A stretch of DNA of 63,647 bases, taken from Ilumatobacter coccineus (GTDB lineage Bacteria; Actinomycetota; Acidimicrobiia; Acidimicrobiales; Ilumatobacteraceae). The position numbers and the translations under genes were made by a program. Position 1 is the stretch's first letter, and the number at the start of each line of letters is the position of its first letter. Location of the stretch: positions 1 through 63,647 of the forward strand of contig PDSL01000023.1 in NCBI GenBank assembly GCA_002748455.1, read 5' to 3'. Of the stretch, positions 29,989 through 38,990 are shown in pieces. Under the pieces are notes generated by a model. That model searched no databases. It saw only the letters and a program-made list of their open reading frames with translations, and was not told the DNA's origin.

Positions 29989-30951
29989 ATGACCGATCCC
30001 GGGGTGATCTCGTCCAACATCGATGAAGCTGGGCATCGCCTGATCGCTGGCGGCCTGGTGGCCGTGCCGACCGAGACCGTCTACGGCCTGGCTGCCAATG
30101 CCGAAGACGGAGCAGCGGTCAAGCGGATCTTCGAGGTCAAGGGACGACCCCATGACCATCCCCTCATCGTCCATCTGGCCGACGGTTCACTGATCGATGA
30201 TGGCTGGGTTGGTCAGGTCTCCACCGAGCTGAGAGCCCTCGCGGCCACCTGCTGGCCGGGCCCCTTGACCGTCTTGGTTCCTCGGGGGGAGCGGGTGATC
30301 GATGAGGTCACCGGCAAGCGGCCCAGCGTGGGTCTCAGGGTTCCATCCCACCCGCTCACCCGAACCCTCTTGACGACCTATCGGATTGCTGTGGCCGCCC
30401 CATCGGCCAACCGATTCGGCAAGGTCAGTCCAACCACTGCAGCCCATGTCTATGACGATCTGGGTGCAGTCCTCGATCCCAAACGAGACCTGATTCTCGA
30501 TGGTGGTCCAGCGGCGATCGGGGTTGAATCGACCATTGTTGACCTGACCACCCCAACACCCCAGATCTTGCGAGCTGGGGCGATCACCGCCGAGGAGATC
30601 GCTGAGATCATCCAACGTTCGGTCGATAACGGGAGCGGGCCATCCCGAGCTGCGGGCATGCTGACCAGCCATTACACCCCAGACTGCGATATCTGGCTCG
30701 CCCCGGATCGTTCGACCGCCGAAGGGTGGGCCGAGTTGGCCCGAAACCGTGGATGGAGCATCGACGTCCTCGACCGCACCGACGATCTCGTCGATGCTGC
30801 CCACCGGCTCTATGCCGATCTGCGAGCTGCCGATGCTCACGGCCTCGACATCCTCGTGGTCGTCACTCCACCTCCGAGCGGACTCGGTGTCGCCCTTGGT
30901 GATCGTCTTGCCAAAGCTGCCGCGCTCGTCTCGCTTCGCCCTCCGGCCTAA
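29989..30951 (+). CDS. tsaC: L-threonylcarbamoyladenylate synthase (Sua5 type)
   Basis: PTETVYGL, KGRP..PLIVH, WPGPLT, APSAN, GML..HY.P plus Sua5 C-domain. Confidence 0.95.
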   Translation: MTDPGVISSNIDEAGHRLIAGGLVAVPTETVYGLAANAEDGAAVKRIFEVKGRPHDHPLIVHLADGSLIDDGWVGQVSTELRALAATCWPGPLTVLVPRGERVIDEVTGKRPSVGLRVPSHPLTRTLLTTYRIAVAAPSANRFGKVSPTTAAHVYDDLGAVLDPKRDLILDGGPAAIGVESTIVDLTTPTPQILRAGAITAEEIAEIIQRSVDNGSGPSRAAGMLTSHYTPDCDIWLAPDRSTAEGWAELARNRGWSIDVLDRTDDLVDAAHRLYADLRAADAHGLDILVVVTPPPSGLGVALGDRLAKAAALVSLRPPA

Positions 30952-30981
30952 GCGATCTCCGAGGCGCTACTCTCGGCAGGG

Positions 30982-31746
30982 ATGAGTGATCCGGCGCCTC
31001 CCCCTCCCAATGCTTCACGGTCGCCCGCTGGCTGGTATCCCGATCCCCACCGCCGCTACGAGTACCGCTATTTCAACGGCACCGAATGGACTGCCGATGT
31101 GTCCTCTGGTGGACAGCGCGAGGTGGACACGCCAACCCCGTCCATGCCAGCAAGGTCATCGACCTCGTCAACTTCGGCCACCGTCGCCCTGGTGATGGGC
31201 ATCGTGGCCATCGTGTTGGGATGGATTCCCCTCCTCGCGGTCCTGCTCTGGATCATCGCCCTCGTGGCCCTCATCATCGGGATCAAGGCCAAGCGGAGTT
31301 CATCAGAACGCGCCGTGGGAGCGATCATCGCCTCAAGCCTCGGCCTGGTGGTGGCCACCGTCGGTGTCGTCTTGACCGTGATCCTCTTTCGAGCGGTCGT
31401 CACCTTCATCAGCCCTGCTGAACACCAGGTGGCGATCTCGTCGTGTGAGATTCTCGAATCCAGCGATGCCATGATCACCGGCACCCTCACCAATCTCAGT
31501 GACCATCCCGCCGACTTCACGGTGTTTACGATCATCGACGATCAATTCGATCTTGAACAGGTCACCAGCGTCGCCCCTGGCACCACGATCGACTGGGTGA
31601 CCATCGTCGAGGTGCCACCCTCCATCCGAGTCTGCAACTCTGATCTTGATCTCCGCCTCATCGTCCATGGACCGCTGCCGTTCGGGGTTGAGGTCGAACC
31701 GATTCGTGACACCAACGGTGACTGGAGTGGACGTCTAGAGTTCTGA
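30982..31746 (+). CDS. DUF2510-domain membrane protein (DUF4190-like TM pair, extracellular beta domain)
   Basis: PAGWYPDP...RYFNGTEWT motif followed by TM helices. Confidence 0.78.
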   Translation: MSDPAPPPPNASRSPAGWYPDPHRRYEYRYFNGTEWTADVSSGGQREVDTPTPSMPARSSTSSTSATVALVMGIVAIVLGWIPLLAVLLWIIALVALIIGIKAKRSSSERAVGAIIASSLGLVVATVGVVLTVILFRAVVTFISPAEHQVAISSCEILESSDAMITGTLTNLSDHPADFTVFTIIDDQFDLEQVTSVAPGTTIDWVTIVEVPPSIRVCNSDLDLRLIVHGPLPFGVEVEPIRDTNGDWSGRLEF

Positions 31747-32370
31747 GGGATCGTGGCGTTGGATCACCCGCGCTGGTGCCCCGACAGCCACACTGAAATC
31801 GGGGATATCACCGGTGACGACGCTGTTGGCCCCGATCACCACATGACGCCCGATCGTGGCACCGGGCAAGACCACCGTGCCGTGGCCGAGCCATGATCCA
31901 TCCCCGATCGAGACCGGGCGTTCGGGCTGGACCTGTTGGGAGATCGGCCGATCAGGATCGTCATAGCCATGGTTTTGGTCGGTGATATAGACATGGTGGC
32001 CGGTCCACACATCGTCGCCGATCGTGATCGAGAGATGACCGACGATCCCACTCCCCCGACCGATCAAACACCGATCGCCAATCGAGACCACTGGATCGGT
32101 CACACAGGTTTGGCCGGGAACCATCCCCGCGCTGAGGGCCACGTGAGAACCGATCATGGTCCCGGAACCGATACGGATATAGGCCTCGTTCATGATCGTG
32201 GTCGGCGGATAACAGATCACGCTGCCTCGACCGAAGTGCCCAAACCGACGACCACGGGGATCATCGGGCCCGATGGCCGCCCACGCGGTCACGGCCTCGC
32301 GGGTGCGGGCATAGCGATAGCCGATCGAGCGCTTGATCCATCCGATCACTCGATGTCGACGGGCCATCAC
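31735..32370 (-). CDS. Hexapeptide-repeat (LbH) acyltransferase
   Basis: Repeated IG hexads, ITDQNHGY, IGANSVV..DIP...VAVGAPARV; TAGTGT 7 nt before GTG. Confidence 0.88.
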   Translation of the reverse strand: MMARRHRVIGWIKRSIGYRYARTREAVTAWAAIGPDDPRGRRFGHFGRGSVICYPPTTIMNEAYIRIGSGTMIGSHVALSAGMVPGQTCVTDPVVSIGDRCLIGRGSGIVGHLSITIGDDVWTGHHVYITDQNHGYDDPDRPISQQVQPERPVSIGDGSWLGHGTVVLPGATIGRHVVIGANSVVTGDIPDFSVAVGAPARVIQRHDPSEL

Positions 32371-32415
32371 CTCGATGACACTAGCCGTCACCGCGCTGGA
32401 CGTTACCCTTCCAGC

Positions 32416-33462
32416 ATGGATCGATTCTCCCTCGGCAGCCTGACCGATGTACCCGGCATCCAGGTCGGCCACTATCAACGACAGGGACGAGGCTGGTTGA
32501 CCGGCACCACCACGGTGTTTGCACCCGATGGGGCGGTCGCTGCTGTCGATGTGCGCGGCGGCGGACCAGGCACCCGTGAAACCGATGCCCTGGCAGCCGG
32601 CAACCTGGTGGATCGGGTTCATGCGGTGTGTTTGAGCGGTGGCAGCGCCTACGGTCTGGCCACCGCCGACGGGGTGATGGCCGAGCTCGAAGCTCGCCAA
32701 CTCGGTGTACCGGTGGGCCTCGCTCCCCACGAAATTGTTCCGGTGGTGCCCACCGCGGTGATCTTCGATCTCGGACGAGGTGGGCGATTCGACCGCCGCC
32801 CCACACCCGAGTTTGGCCAACGGGCTCTCAAGGCCGCTCGACGTACCTCCCGACGAGGATCGATCGGGGCGGGGACCGGAGCCCAATCTGGCGGAATCAG
32901 GGGCGGAGTCGGTATGGCTTCAGCCCAGGTCACCATCGGAGCTCATACGGTCACCGTCGGAGCCCTCATGGTGGTCAATTCGTCGGGGTCAGCGATCGAT
33001 CCCGCCACTGGACTTCCCTATGTTCCTGTGGCAGGGATCCAGTCACCATCCGAAGATGAGCGCACCGCGGTCGCCACCGCTCTCCAGACAGCGTGGGCCA
33101 GCCCACCCCTCAATACCACGATCGGGGTGATCGCGACCGATGCCGCCCTGTCACGACCCGAAGCTGGCCGGATGGCGCTGTCGGGCCATGATGGCCTCGC
33201 TCGAGCGATCCGTCCCGCCCATGGGCTGATGGATGGCGACACGATCTTTGGCCTGTCCACCGGCACGGTGGCGATCGAAACCGGCGATGTGGATATGGAT
33301 CGATCCGGCACCCTGCGTCCCTTCCTGCTCAACACCCTCTTCGCTGTGGCTGCCGACCTGGTCGCCTTGGCCTGCACCGATGCGGTGGTATCGGCCAGCC
33401 CGACCGACTCGGTGCCATCGTGGGCCAGCCTGTGCCCCCATGGCGTCATCGAGCGACCATGA
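32416..33462 (+). CDS. P1/S58 family peptidase (DmpA-like)
   Basis: DVPGIQVGH, DVRGGGPGTRETD, LSGGSAYGL, NTTIGVIATDA, DGDTIF; TACCCT 6 nt before ATG. Confidence 0.9.
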   Translation: MDRFSLGSLTDVPGIQVGHYQRQGRGWLTGTTTVFAPDGAVAAVDVRGGGPGTRETDALAAGNLVDRVHAVCLSGGSAYGLATADGVMAELEARQLGVPVGLAPHEIVPVVPTAVIFDLGRGGRFDRRPTPEFGQRALKAARRTSRRGSIGAGTGAQSGGIRGGVGMASAQVTIGAHTVTVGALMVVNSSGSAIDPATGLPYVPVAGIQSPSEDERTAVATALQTAWASPPLNTTIGVIATDAALSRPEAGRMALSGHDGLARAIRPAHGLMDGDTIFGLSTGTVAIETGDVDMDRSGTLRPFLLNTLFAVAADLVALACTDAVVSASPTDSVPSWASLCPHGVIERP

Positions 33463-34313
33463 AGACCTTCACCACGCCCGACACGATGCGAGCTTGGTCG
33501 CGTGCCGCACGCGCCGAGGGGCACACGATCGCTGTCGTCCCCACGATGGGTGCACTGCATGAGGGCCATATCGCTCTCATCGAGACCGCTCGCTCGATGG
33601 CCGACGGAGTGATCGTGACCATCTTCGTCAATCCCCTCCAATTCAACGAGAGCACCGACTTCGATCTCTATCCCCGGCCGATCGACGATGATGTGGCGAT
33701 CTGCACCTCACTCGGTGTCGACGCGGTCTATGCCCCCACCGCGGCCACCATGTATCCGACCGGATTCCAAACCCATGTTGAACCCGGCGATCTGGCTGAC
33801 CGTCTCGAAGGCCCGATGCGTCCCGGTCATTTCCGAGGTGTGACGACCGTGGTGACCAAGCTGCTCACCGCCACCGTGGCCGACTACGCGATCTTTGGCC
33901 AAAAGGACTACCAACAGCTGGCGATCGTGAAACGCTTGGTGGTCGATCTCGATCTCGGAGTCGACATCATCGGTGTGCCCACGGTTCGCGAACCCGACGG
34001 GCTGGCCCTGTCGAGTCGGAATCGTCGGCTCACCCCCGAACAGCGAGCCGCTGCTCCGGCGATCTCCTCAGCCCTCTTCGCTGCCCGAACCGCGGTCGCT
34101 GACGGGGAAACCGATCCGGTCATCGTCGTCAACCGCACCCGATCTCGTATCGACGCTGAACCCCATCTCTCGGCCGAGTATGTCGAACTGGTCGATGCCC
34201 TCACCCTGACACCGGTCGAGGTGATCGATCGGCCCTGTGCGGTCTTGGTGGCAGCATGGTGCGGTGAGGTGCGCTTGATCGACAATCTGGTCATCTCACC
34301 ACCACAGATCTGA
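33459..34313 (+). CDS. panC: Pantoate-beta-alanine ligase
   Basis: VPTMGALHEGH, FVNPLQF, RPGHF.GV.TVV.KL, FGQKDYQQ, GLALSSRN, RLIDN. Confidence 0.98.
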   Translation: MKTFTTPDTMRAWSRAARAEGHTIAVVPTMGALHEGHIALIETARSMADGVIVTIFVNPLQFNESTDFDLYPRPIDDDVAICTSLGVDAVYAPTAATMYPTGFQTHVEPGDLADRLEGPMRPGHFRGVTTVVTKLLTATVADYAIFGQKDYQQLAIVKRLVVDLDLGVDIIGVPTVREPDGLALSSRNRRLTPEQRAAAPAISSALFAARTAVADGETDPVIVVNRTRSRIDAEPHLSAEYVELVDALTLTPVEVIDRPCAVLVAAWCGEVRLIDNLVISPPQI

Positions 34314-34342
34314 CCTCTCAACCCGATCTCGGGTGGTTGGGT

Positions 34343-35188
34343 TCAGATCAGGCTTGAGAACTGGTCGAAGACCCCTGTCCACACCACGATGACCACCACC
34401 CCGTTGACGATGGCGTGGGCGATAACTGTCGCTCCGATCCGTCTCAGGAGATAGGCAGCGGTGCCGAGCACCACTCCCACCGCCGACAAGACAGCGACCA
34501 AGCCGAGATTGCTCATCCCAAAGGCCGGGATGAAATGGGCCAATCCGAACAGGATCCCCTGGACGAGGATCACGGGAAACGCTGGCCACCCACTCAAGAG
34601 GCCGTGGAGGACCAGGCCCCGGAACACCGCCTCTTCCACCACGGGGGCGATGACCACCAACGAGATCACCGTGAGGACGAGATAGACCGTGCTGACCTGG
34701 CCGGTTGTGATGTCGGAAACATTGCTCTCGATCGGCACATCGAATCCGGTCAGGATGGCGATCGTGATCACCTCGATGATCACGGTGATGATCCAGATCA
34801 CTGGACCCCATCCCAGATCGCTCCATCGGATCTTGAGTCCGCTGGCCGGACCTCCGAAGCGATGACGAACGATCGCGATCCACACGACCGATGGTCCATA
34901 CACGATCAAGAGCCCCACCACGAGTGCAGCCATGAGGGGCAGATGAGACGAGTCGGCAACCAGTTCGAACAGGTTGGCTGCCACCAGGGAGAGCGCGAGC
35001 AAACCAACGGAGATCACCGCGACCTTGAACGGCAGGGTGGGAATGGGTTCCTTGGCAGCCGGGGTCGCTGGCTGGTTGTCAGCCCATCTGATCCCATCGA
35101 AATAGCGCGGCAGACCGGTTGTTGGATCGGCATACCATCCGGCGGCGGCCGACGATGGTGGTGCCCAGGGCGATCCCGAACTGGTCAT
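34343..35188 (-). CDS. CPBP/CAAX (Abi-family) intramembrane metalloprotease with N-terminal DUF2510
   Basis: AGWYADP...RYFDG.RW; APVVEEAVFRG, FGLAH, H...N motifs. Confidence 0.88.
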   Translation of the reverse strand: MTSSGSPWAPPSSAAAGWYADPTTGLPRYFDGIRWADNQPATPAAKEPIPTLPFKVAVISVGLLALSLVAANLFELVADSSHLPLMAALVVGLLIVYGPSVVWIAIVRHRFGGPASGLKIRWSDLGWGPVIWIITVIIEVITIAILTGFDVPIESNVSDITTGQVSTVYLVLTVISLVVIAPVVEEAVFRGLVLHGLLSGWPAFPVILVQGILFGLAHFIPAFGMSNLGLVAVLSAVGVVLGTAAYLLRRIGATVIAHAIVNGVVVIVVWTGVFDQFSSLI

Positions 35189-35289
35189 GGTCGTTGACCG
35201 TACCGGGACCCCGATCATGATGGAACAATCGGCGAGACACCGCCAAACCTGGTGATCATCGCTGCCGCCAACAACCTGTCGAGCGGTCC

Positions 35290-36807
35290 TTAGCGATGGA
35301 GATCGTTGTCGGTGATGTGGGCTCGATAGCGCACGGTATAGACCGAATCCCCCGACAGGATGCCACCCCGACCGAGCATCCGGCCGCCTTCCCAGTTCGA
35401 CAGGCCCAGCTCGGGGGTATTGAGCGCATATTGGCCATCGACCCAGCGGGTGAATCCATCACCGATAAAGGGGGCATCCACCAGGTTGGCGAATCGCTGG
35501 TGTTGATCGGGCGACTCGGAGATCAAGGAGACCACAAACCGAGGGCTGTGCTGGTTGTAGGCCGCGATCGCGTCATCGACCGAGGCGACGACATGGAGGG
35601 TGATCTCCGGCGAGTTCTCCCACTCCCATTCGTGGCTGAGATCCTTGGTGGGGGTGATGAAGGCTTCATCGTGAGCACCATCGGAGCGATCCACGGTCAC
35701 CCGACGGTCACGATCCTGATCGGAGATCGCGCCGAGGGCCGACGCTGTGGCATGGATACGAGCCCCACTCCCGCGAGCTTCACCGGCCGCGAGCACGGCG
35801 TCGACCACGATTGGCACCAGCTCATCAGCACCGTCAGCAACCACACAACAGGTGTTCAAGGTATTGCACACCTTGCGGTCCAGCGAATGGCGCACCGCGG
35901 CGGCGACCCGATCGGGATCAGCATCGTCGGCCAGGATCATCCACGCTCCGCCGGTGCCGTGGAGGCTCACCGGCACCCCAGCCTGGCGAGCGACCGCTCC
36001 CAGTTGGGCTACCGCTCGACCCGATCCCCGAGCGACTGCCAACGAGAGTCGAGGATCGCTGAACAGGGCCCATCCGGCAGCGTGAGCACTCGCATCGATC
36101 AGGCCGACCGTGCCGACTGGCAAGCCAGCGGAGACCAGCGCCGGGGTGAGGGCATGATCAACGATCGCCCGGGCAGTGCCGAGGGCATCCGATCCGATAC
36201 GAAAAACCACGGTATTGCCTGTTCGCACCACACCGGCAGCATCGGCAAACACGTTGGGACGCCCCTCAAAGACGAATCCGACCACCCCGAGCGGAGCCCG
36301 ACGGGCTTCGATCGACCAACCGTCATGGTCGATCCGCTGTTCCAGGCGATCGCGTGCCGCGGGCTGATCGGCCCAGCCTCTCAATCCGGCCACCATGTCG
36401 GATCGCATCGTTGGGGTGAGCTCTAACCGGGTGGTCGAACGCCCTCTCTGGCGCGCCGCGGCGAGATCGCCAGCATTGGCGGCAGCGATCTCTGCAAAGC
36501 TCTCATCATCGGCCAAACGTTGGGCGAACTCGTGAAAGAACCGGGTGATCTGGTCATCGGTGCAGGCTCCGAGGGCAGCGAAGGCATCGACCGCTTGCGT
36601 CACACTGGCGGCAACGGTGTCGTGATCGGCCTGCGAAATGTGCAGGATCTCGCCGGTGGACGGGTCGACCACGATCCGATCGCCGGGAGCGAAGGCCGCT
36701 GCCAGGTCGGCATCGACGATGGCCACCCGATTCCCTCCATAGGGGATCACCTGGCCCACCTCAAGATGGTCAAGTCGTGCCGATGCCGCCGCGATAGTTG
36801 CCGTCAT
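35290..36807 (-). CDS. proA: Gamma-glutamyl phosphate reductase with N-terminal extension
   Basis: PLGVVGFVFEGRPNV, ARGS..AV, KVCNTLN, FTRW.DG...ELGLS. Confidence 0.82.
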   Translation of the reverse strand: MTATIAAASARLDHLEVGQVIPYGGNRVAIVDADLAAAFAPGDRIVVDPSTGEILHISQADHDTVAASVTQAVDAFAALGACTDDQITRFFHEFAQRLADDESFAEIAAANAGDLAAARQRGRSTTRLELTPTMRSDMVAGLRGWADQPAARDRLEQRIDHDGWSIEARRAPLGVVGFVFEGRPNVFADAAGVVRTGNTVVFRIGSDALGTARAIVDHALTPALVSAGLPVGTVGLIDASAHAAGWALFSDPRLSLAVARGSGRAVAQLGAVARQAGVPVSLHGTGGAWMILADDADPDRVAAAVRHSLDRKVCNTLNTCCVVADGADELVPIVVDAVLAAGEARGSGARIHATASALGAISDQDRDRRVTVDRSDGAHDEAFITPTKDLSHEWEWENSPEITLHVVASVDDAIAAYNQHSPRFVVSLISESPDQHQRFANLVDAPFIGDGFTRWVDGQYALNTPELGLSNWEGGRMLGRGGILSGDSVYTVRYRAHITDNDLHR

Positions 36808-36813
36808 GGGAAG

Positions 36814-36827
36814 GGAGCGTACGCTCC
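36814..36827. promoter_or_regulatory. Perfect 14-bp palindrome giving a TACGCT -10 on both strands (bidirectional leaderless promoter)
   Basis: GGAGCGTACGCTCC lies between divergent ATGs at 36807(-) and 36832(+); -10 to ATG spacings are 8 and 6 nt. Confidence 0.75.
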
Positions 36828-36831
36828 TGAG

Positions 36832-37521
36832 ATGGCCCACCTCAACGATGACCGGCTCTATTTCCGTCAACTCTTGTCAGGAATCGACTTTGCCACCGAT
36901 GATCCGATCGCCGTTCAGATGGTCAATTTCGTCTATGCGATCGGTGATCGCCAGACCGGTGAATGCTTGGTGGTCGACCCGGCCTATGACCCGGCTGGAC
37001 TGATCGAAGCGGTGGGAGCCGATGGGATGACGATCACCGGGGTCTTGGCAACCCACTACCACGCCGACCATATCGGCGGTTCGGTATTCGGTTTTGAGAT
37101 CGCCGGCATCGCTGAACTCCTCAACCATGTCTCGTGCCCGATTCACACCCAAGCTGACGAGATTCCATGGATCGAGCGCACCACCGGGGTCAGCGATCTG
37201 ATCGGGCATGCCTCCGGAGATATCGTCACCGTGGGAACGATCGATATTCGACTGGTCCATACCCCCGGCCACACCCCGGGCAGCCAGTGTTTCTTCGTTG
37301 ATGACAAGCTGGTCGCCGGCGACACCCTCTTTCTCGATGGCTGTGGCCGCACCGATCTTCCGGGGGCCGATCCTGACCAGATGGTGGAGAGCTTGCGTCG
37401 ACTCTCCACCGTTGATGACGAGGTCATCCTCTATCCGGGCCACCGCTATTCACCGGCCGGTCATGCACCGATGGGCGAGGTCAAACGATCAAATGCGGTC
37501 TTCGCCGCCCTTGGCAGCTGA
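36832..37521 (+). CDS. MBL-fold metallohydrolase (glyoxalase II-like)
   Basis: THYHADHIGG, HTPGHTPGS, GDTLF..GCGRTD, PGH. Confidence 0.92.
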   Translation: MAHLNDDRLYFRQLLSGIDFATDDPIAVQMVNFVYAIGDRQTGECLVVDPAYDPAGLIEAVGADGMTITGVLATHYHADHIGGSVFGFEIAGIAELLNHVSCPIHTQADEIPWIERTTGVSDLIGHASGDIVTVGTIDIRLVHTPGHTPGSQCFFVDDKLVAGDTLFLDGCGRTDLPGADPDQMVESLRRLSTVDDEVILYPGHRYSPAGHAPMGEVKRSNAVFAALGS

Positions 37522-37553
37522 GACCATCGGTCGACCGAACAGCGAGACCGAGC

Positions 37554-38888
37554 CTATTCGTGGTGGTCAACGTCGCCGGGACGACGCTGGAAGGCAGTGA
37601 TCGAGTGGCTGCCCATCACCAGGTCGGCAGCCACCGCGGCCAGGAGCGCCGGCACCACAAAATTCGGTTTGCCGGTGGTTTCGGCAACGAACATGACCGC
37701 TGCCAGCGGTACCCGATAGCCGGCACCCAAGAAGGCGGCCACCCCCAGGAGGGTGTACATCTGGGCCCGGTTGTGGTGGACGATCTCGCCGATTCCCAGC
37801 CCGGTGATACCTCCAGCAACGACGAGGGGAATAAAGAGTCCACCCACGCCTGATCCGGTGGTCGTCAGGGCTGATGCCAACGTTCGGATCACGAAGAGAC
37901 ACATCAAGACCCAGATGGCGATATCCGATTCGACCAAGAGGAGATCTCGGAAGACCTCATACCCAGCACCGATGCTCAAGGGGATATCGGTCAATCCCTG
38001 CGAGACGGTCAGCTGACGAGAGATGAGGACCAGGGCCATCAGTCCAAAGGCGCTGACCGCAACCCGAGGAAACATTGGGCCATTGGTGTAGCGCTTGGCA
38101 ATCTTCATCATGCGGGCAAAGGTGCGGGCCCCGATGGCACACACCACGCCCACGATCAGGGCACCAGCTAGATCGCGCAGATCGAATTCCCGAATCGTGA
38201 ATCGACCAACACCAAGCAGAGGCGTGGTGCTGCTCAACATGACAAAGGTCAGATAGCCGCTGGCACTGGCGACCAGGGCTGGCAGCAACATGCGGCGGCC
38301 AAGCTCGTCCCGATAGGGCACTTCGAGGGCAAAGATTGCTCCGGTTGCCGGAGCCTTAAAGATGGCCGCCACCCCGGCCGCCGCTCCGGCGACCAGCAAG
38401 ATGCGATGATCGCTTCCGCGGAAGGGACGGGGCAGGCGTTCTTGGATAAAGCGACCGAGCGCCGCGCCGCCATAGAGCGAGGGACCTTCAAGACCGAGCG
38501 CTCCCCCGCTACCGAGCGTGGCGATGGCAGCCATGGTGCGAGCCGCCACGAAGCGAGGACGAAGTCGATAGGCATGATCGTGGTAGGCCCGCAAATACTC
38601 GTCAGATGTCGCTGAGGAGGCACCATTGCCGACATAGCGCAGGATGAGGGCCGAGACCACCAGACCAGCAGCGGGGGTCACCACCGTCAACCAGAGTGGA
38701 GCGTGAACCACTCGGTGGTAGAGCGACTCGACCACATAGTCGAAGCCTCGGACCGCCAAACCGGTCAGAATCCCGGTGATCGCGGCCAACAAGACGACCT
38801 CACGAGAGCGCCGCATGAGCTCGCGCAGCTCAACTCGACCAAGTTCAAAGGTTTTGGGACGAAAAACCCTCAATCGATCGGCGAGCAC
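37554..38888 (-). CDS. CLC family chloride channel/transporter
   Basis: GG.LGLEGP, GAAAGVAAIFKAP..G.IFALEV, GGLFIP, PLAAVMFVAE; start GTG 8 nt after TAGACT (alternative 38939). Confidence 0.9.
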   Translation of the reverse strand: MLADRLRVFRPKTFELGRVELRELMRRSREVVLLAAITGILTGLAVRGFDYVVESLYHRVVHAPLWLTVVTPAAGLVVSALILRYVGNGASSATSDEYLRAYHDHAYRLRPRFVAARTMAAIATLGSGGALGLEGPSLYGGAALGRFIQERLPRPFRGSDHRILLVAGAAAGVAAIFKAPATGAIFALEVPYRDELGRRMLLPALVASASGYLTFVMLSSTTPLLGVGRFTIREFDLRDLAGALIVGVVCAIGARTFARMMKIAKRYTNGPMFPRVAVSAFGLMALVLISRQLTVSQGLTDIPLSIGAGYEVFRDLLLVESDIAIWVLMCLFVIRTLASALTTTGSGVGGLFIPLVVAGGITGLGIGEIVHHNRAQMYTLLGVAAFLGAGYRVPLAAVMFVAETTGKPNFVVPALLAAVAADLVMGSHSITAFQRRPGDVDHHE

Positions 38889-38990
38889 GGGATAAAAGTC
38901 TAGGCCACGAAACCGTGCCACGCGGGGAATCTCCTGCATGTCGAGGTGGTTTGCTGCGATCACACCACCAAAGGAAGCTACGGTCTTGAT

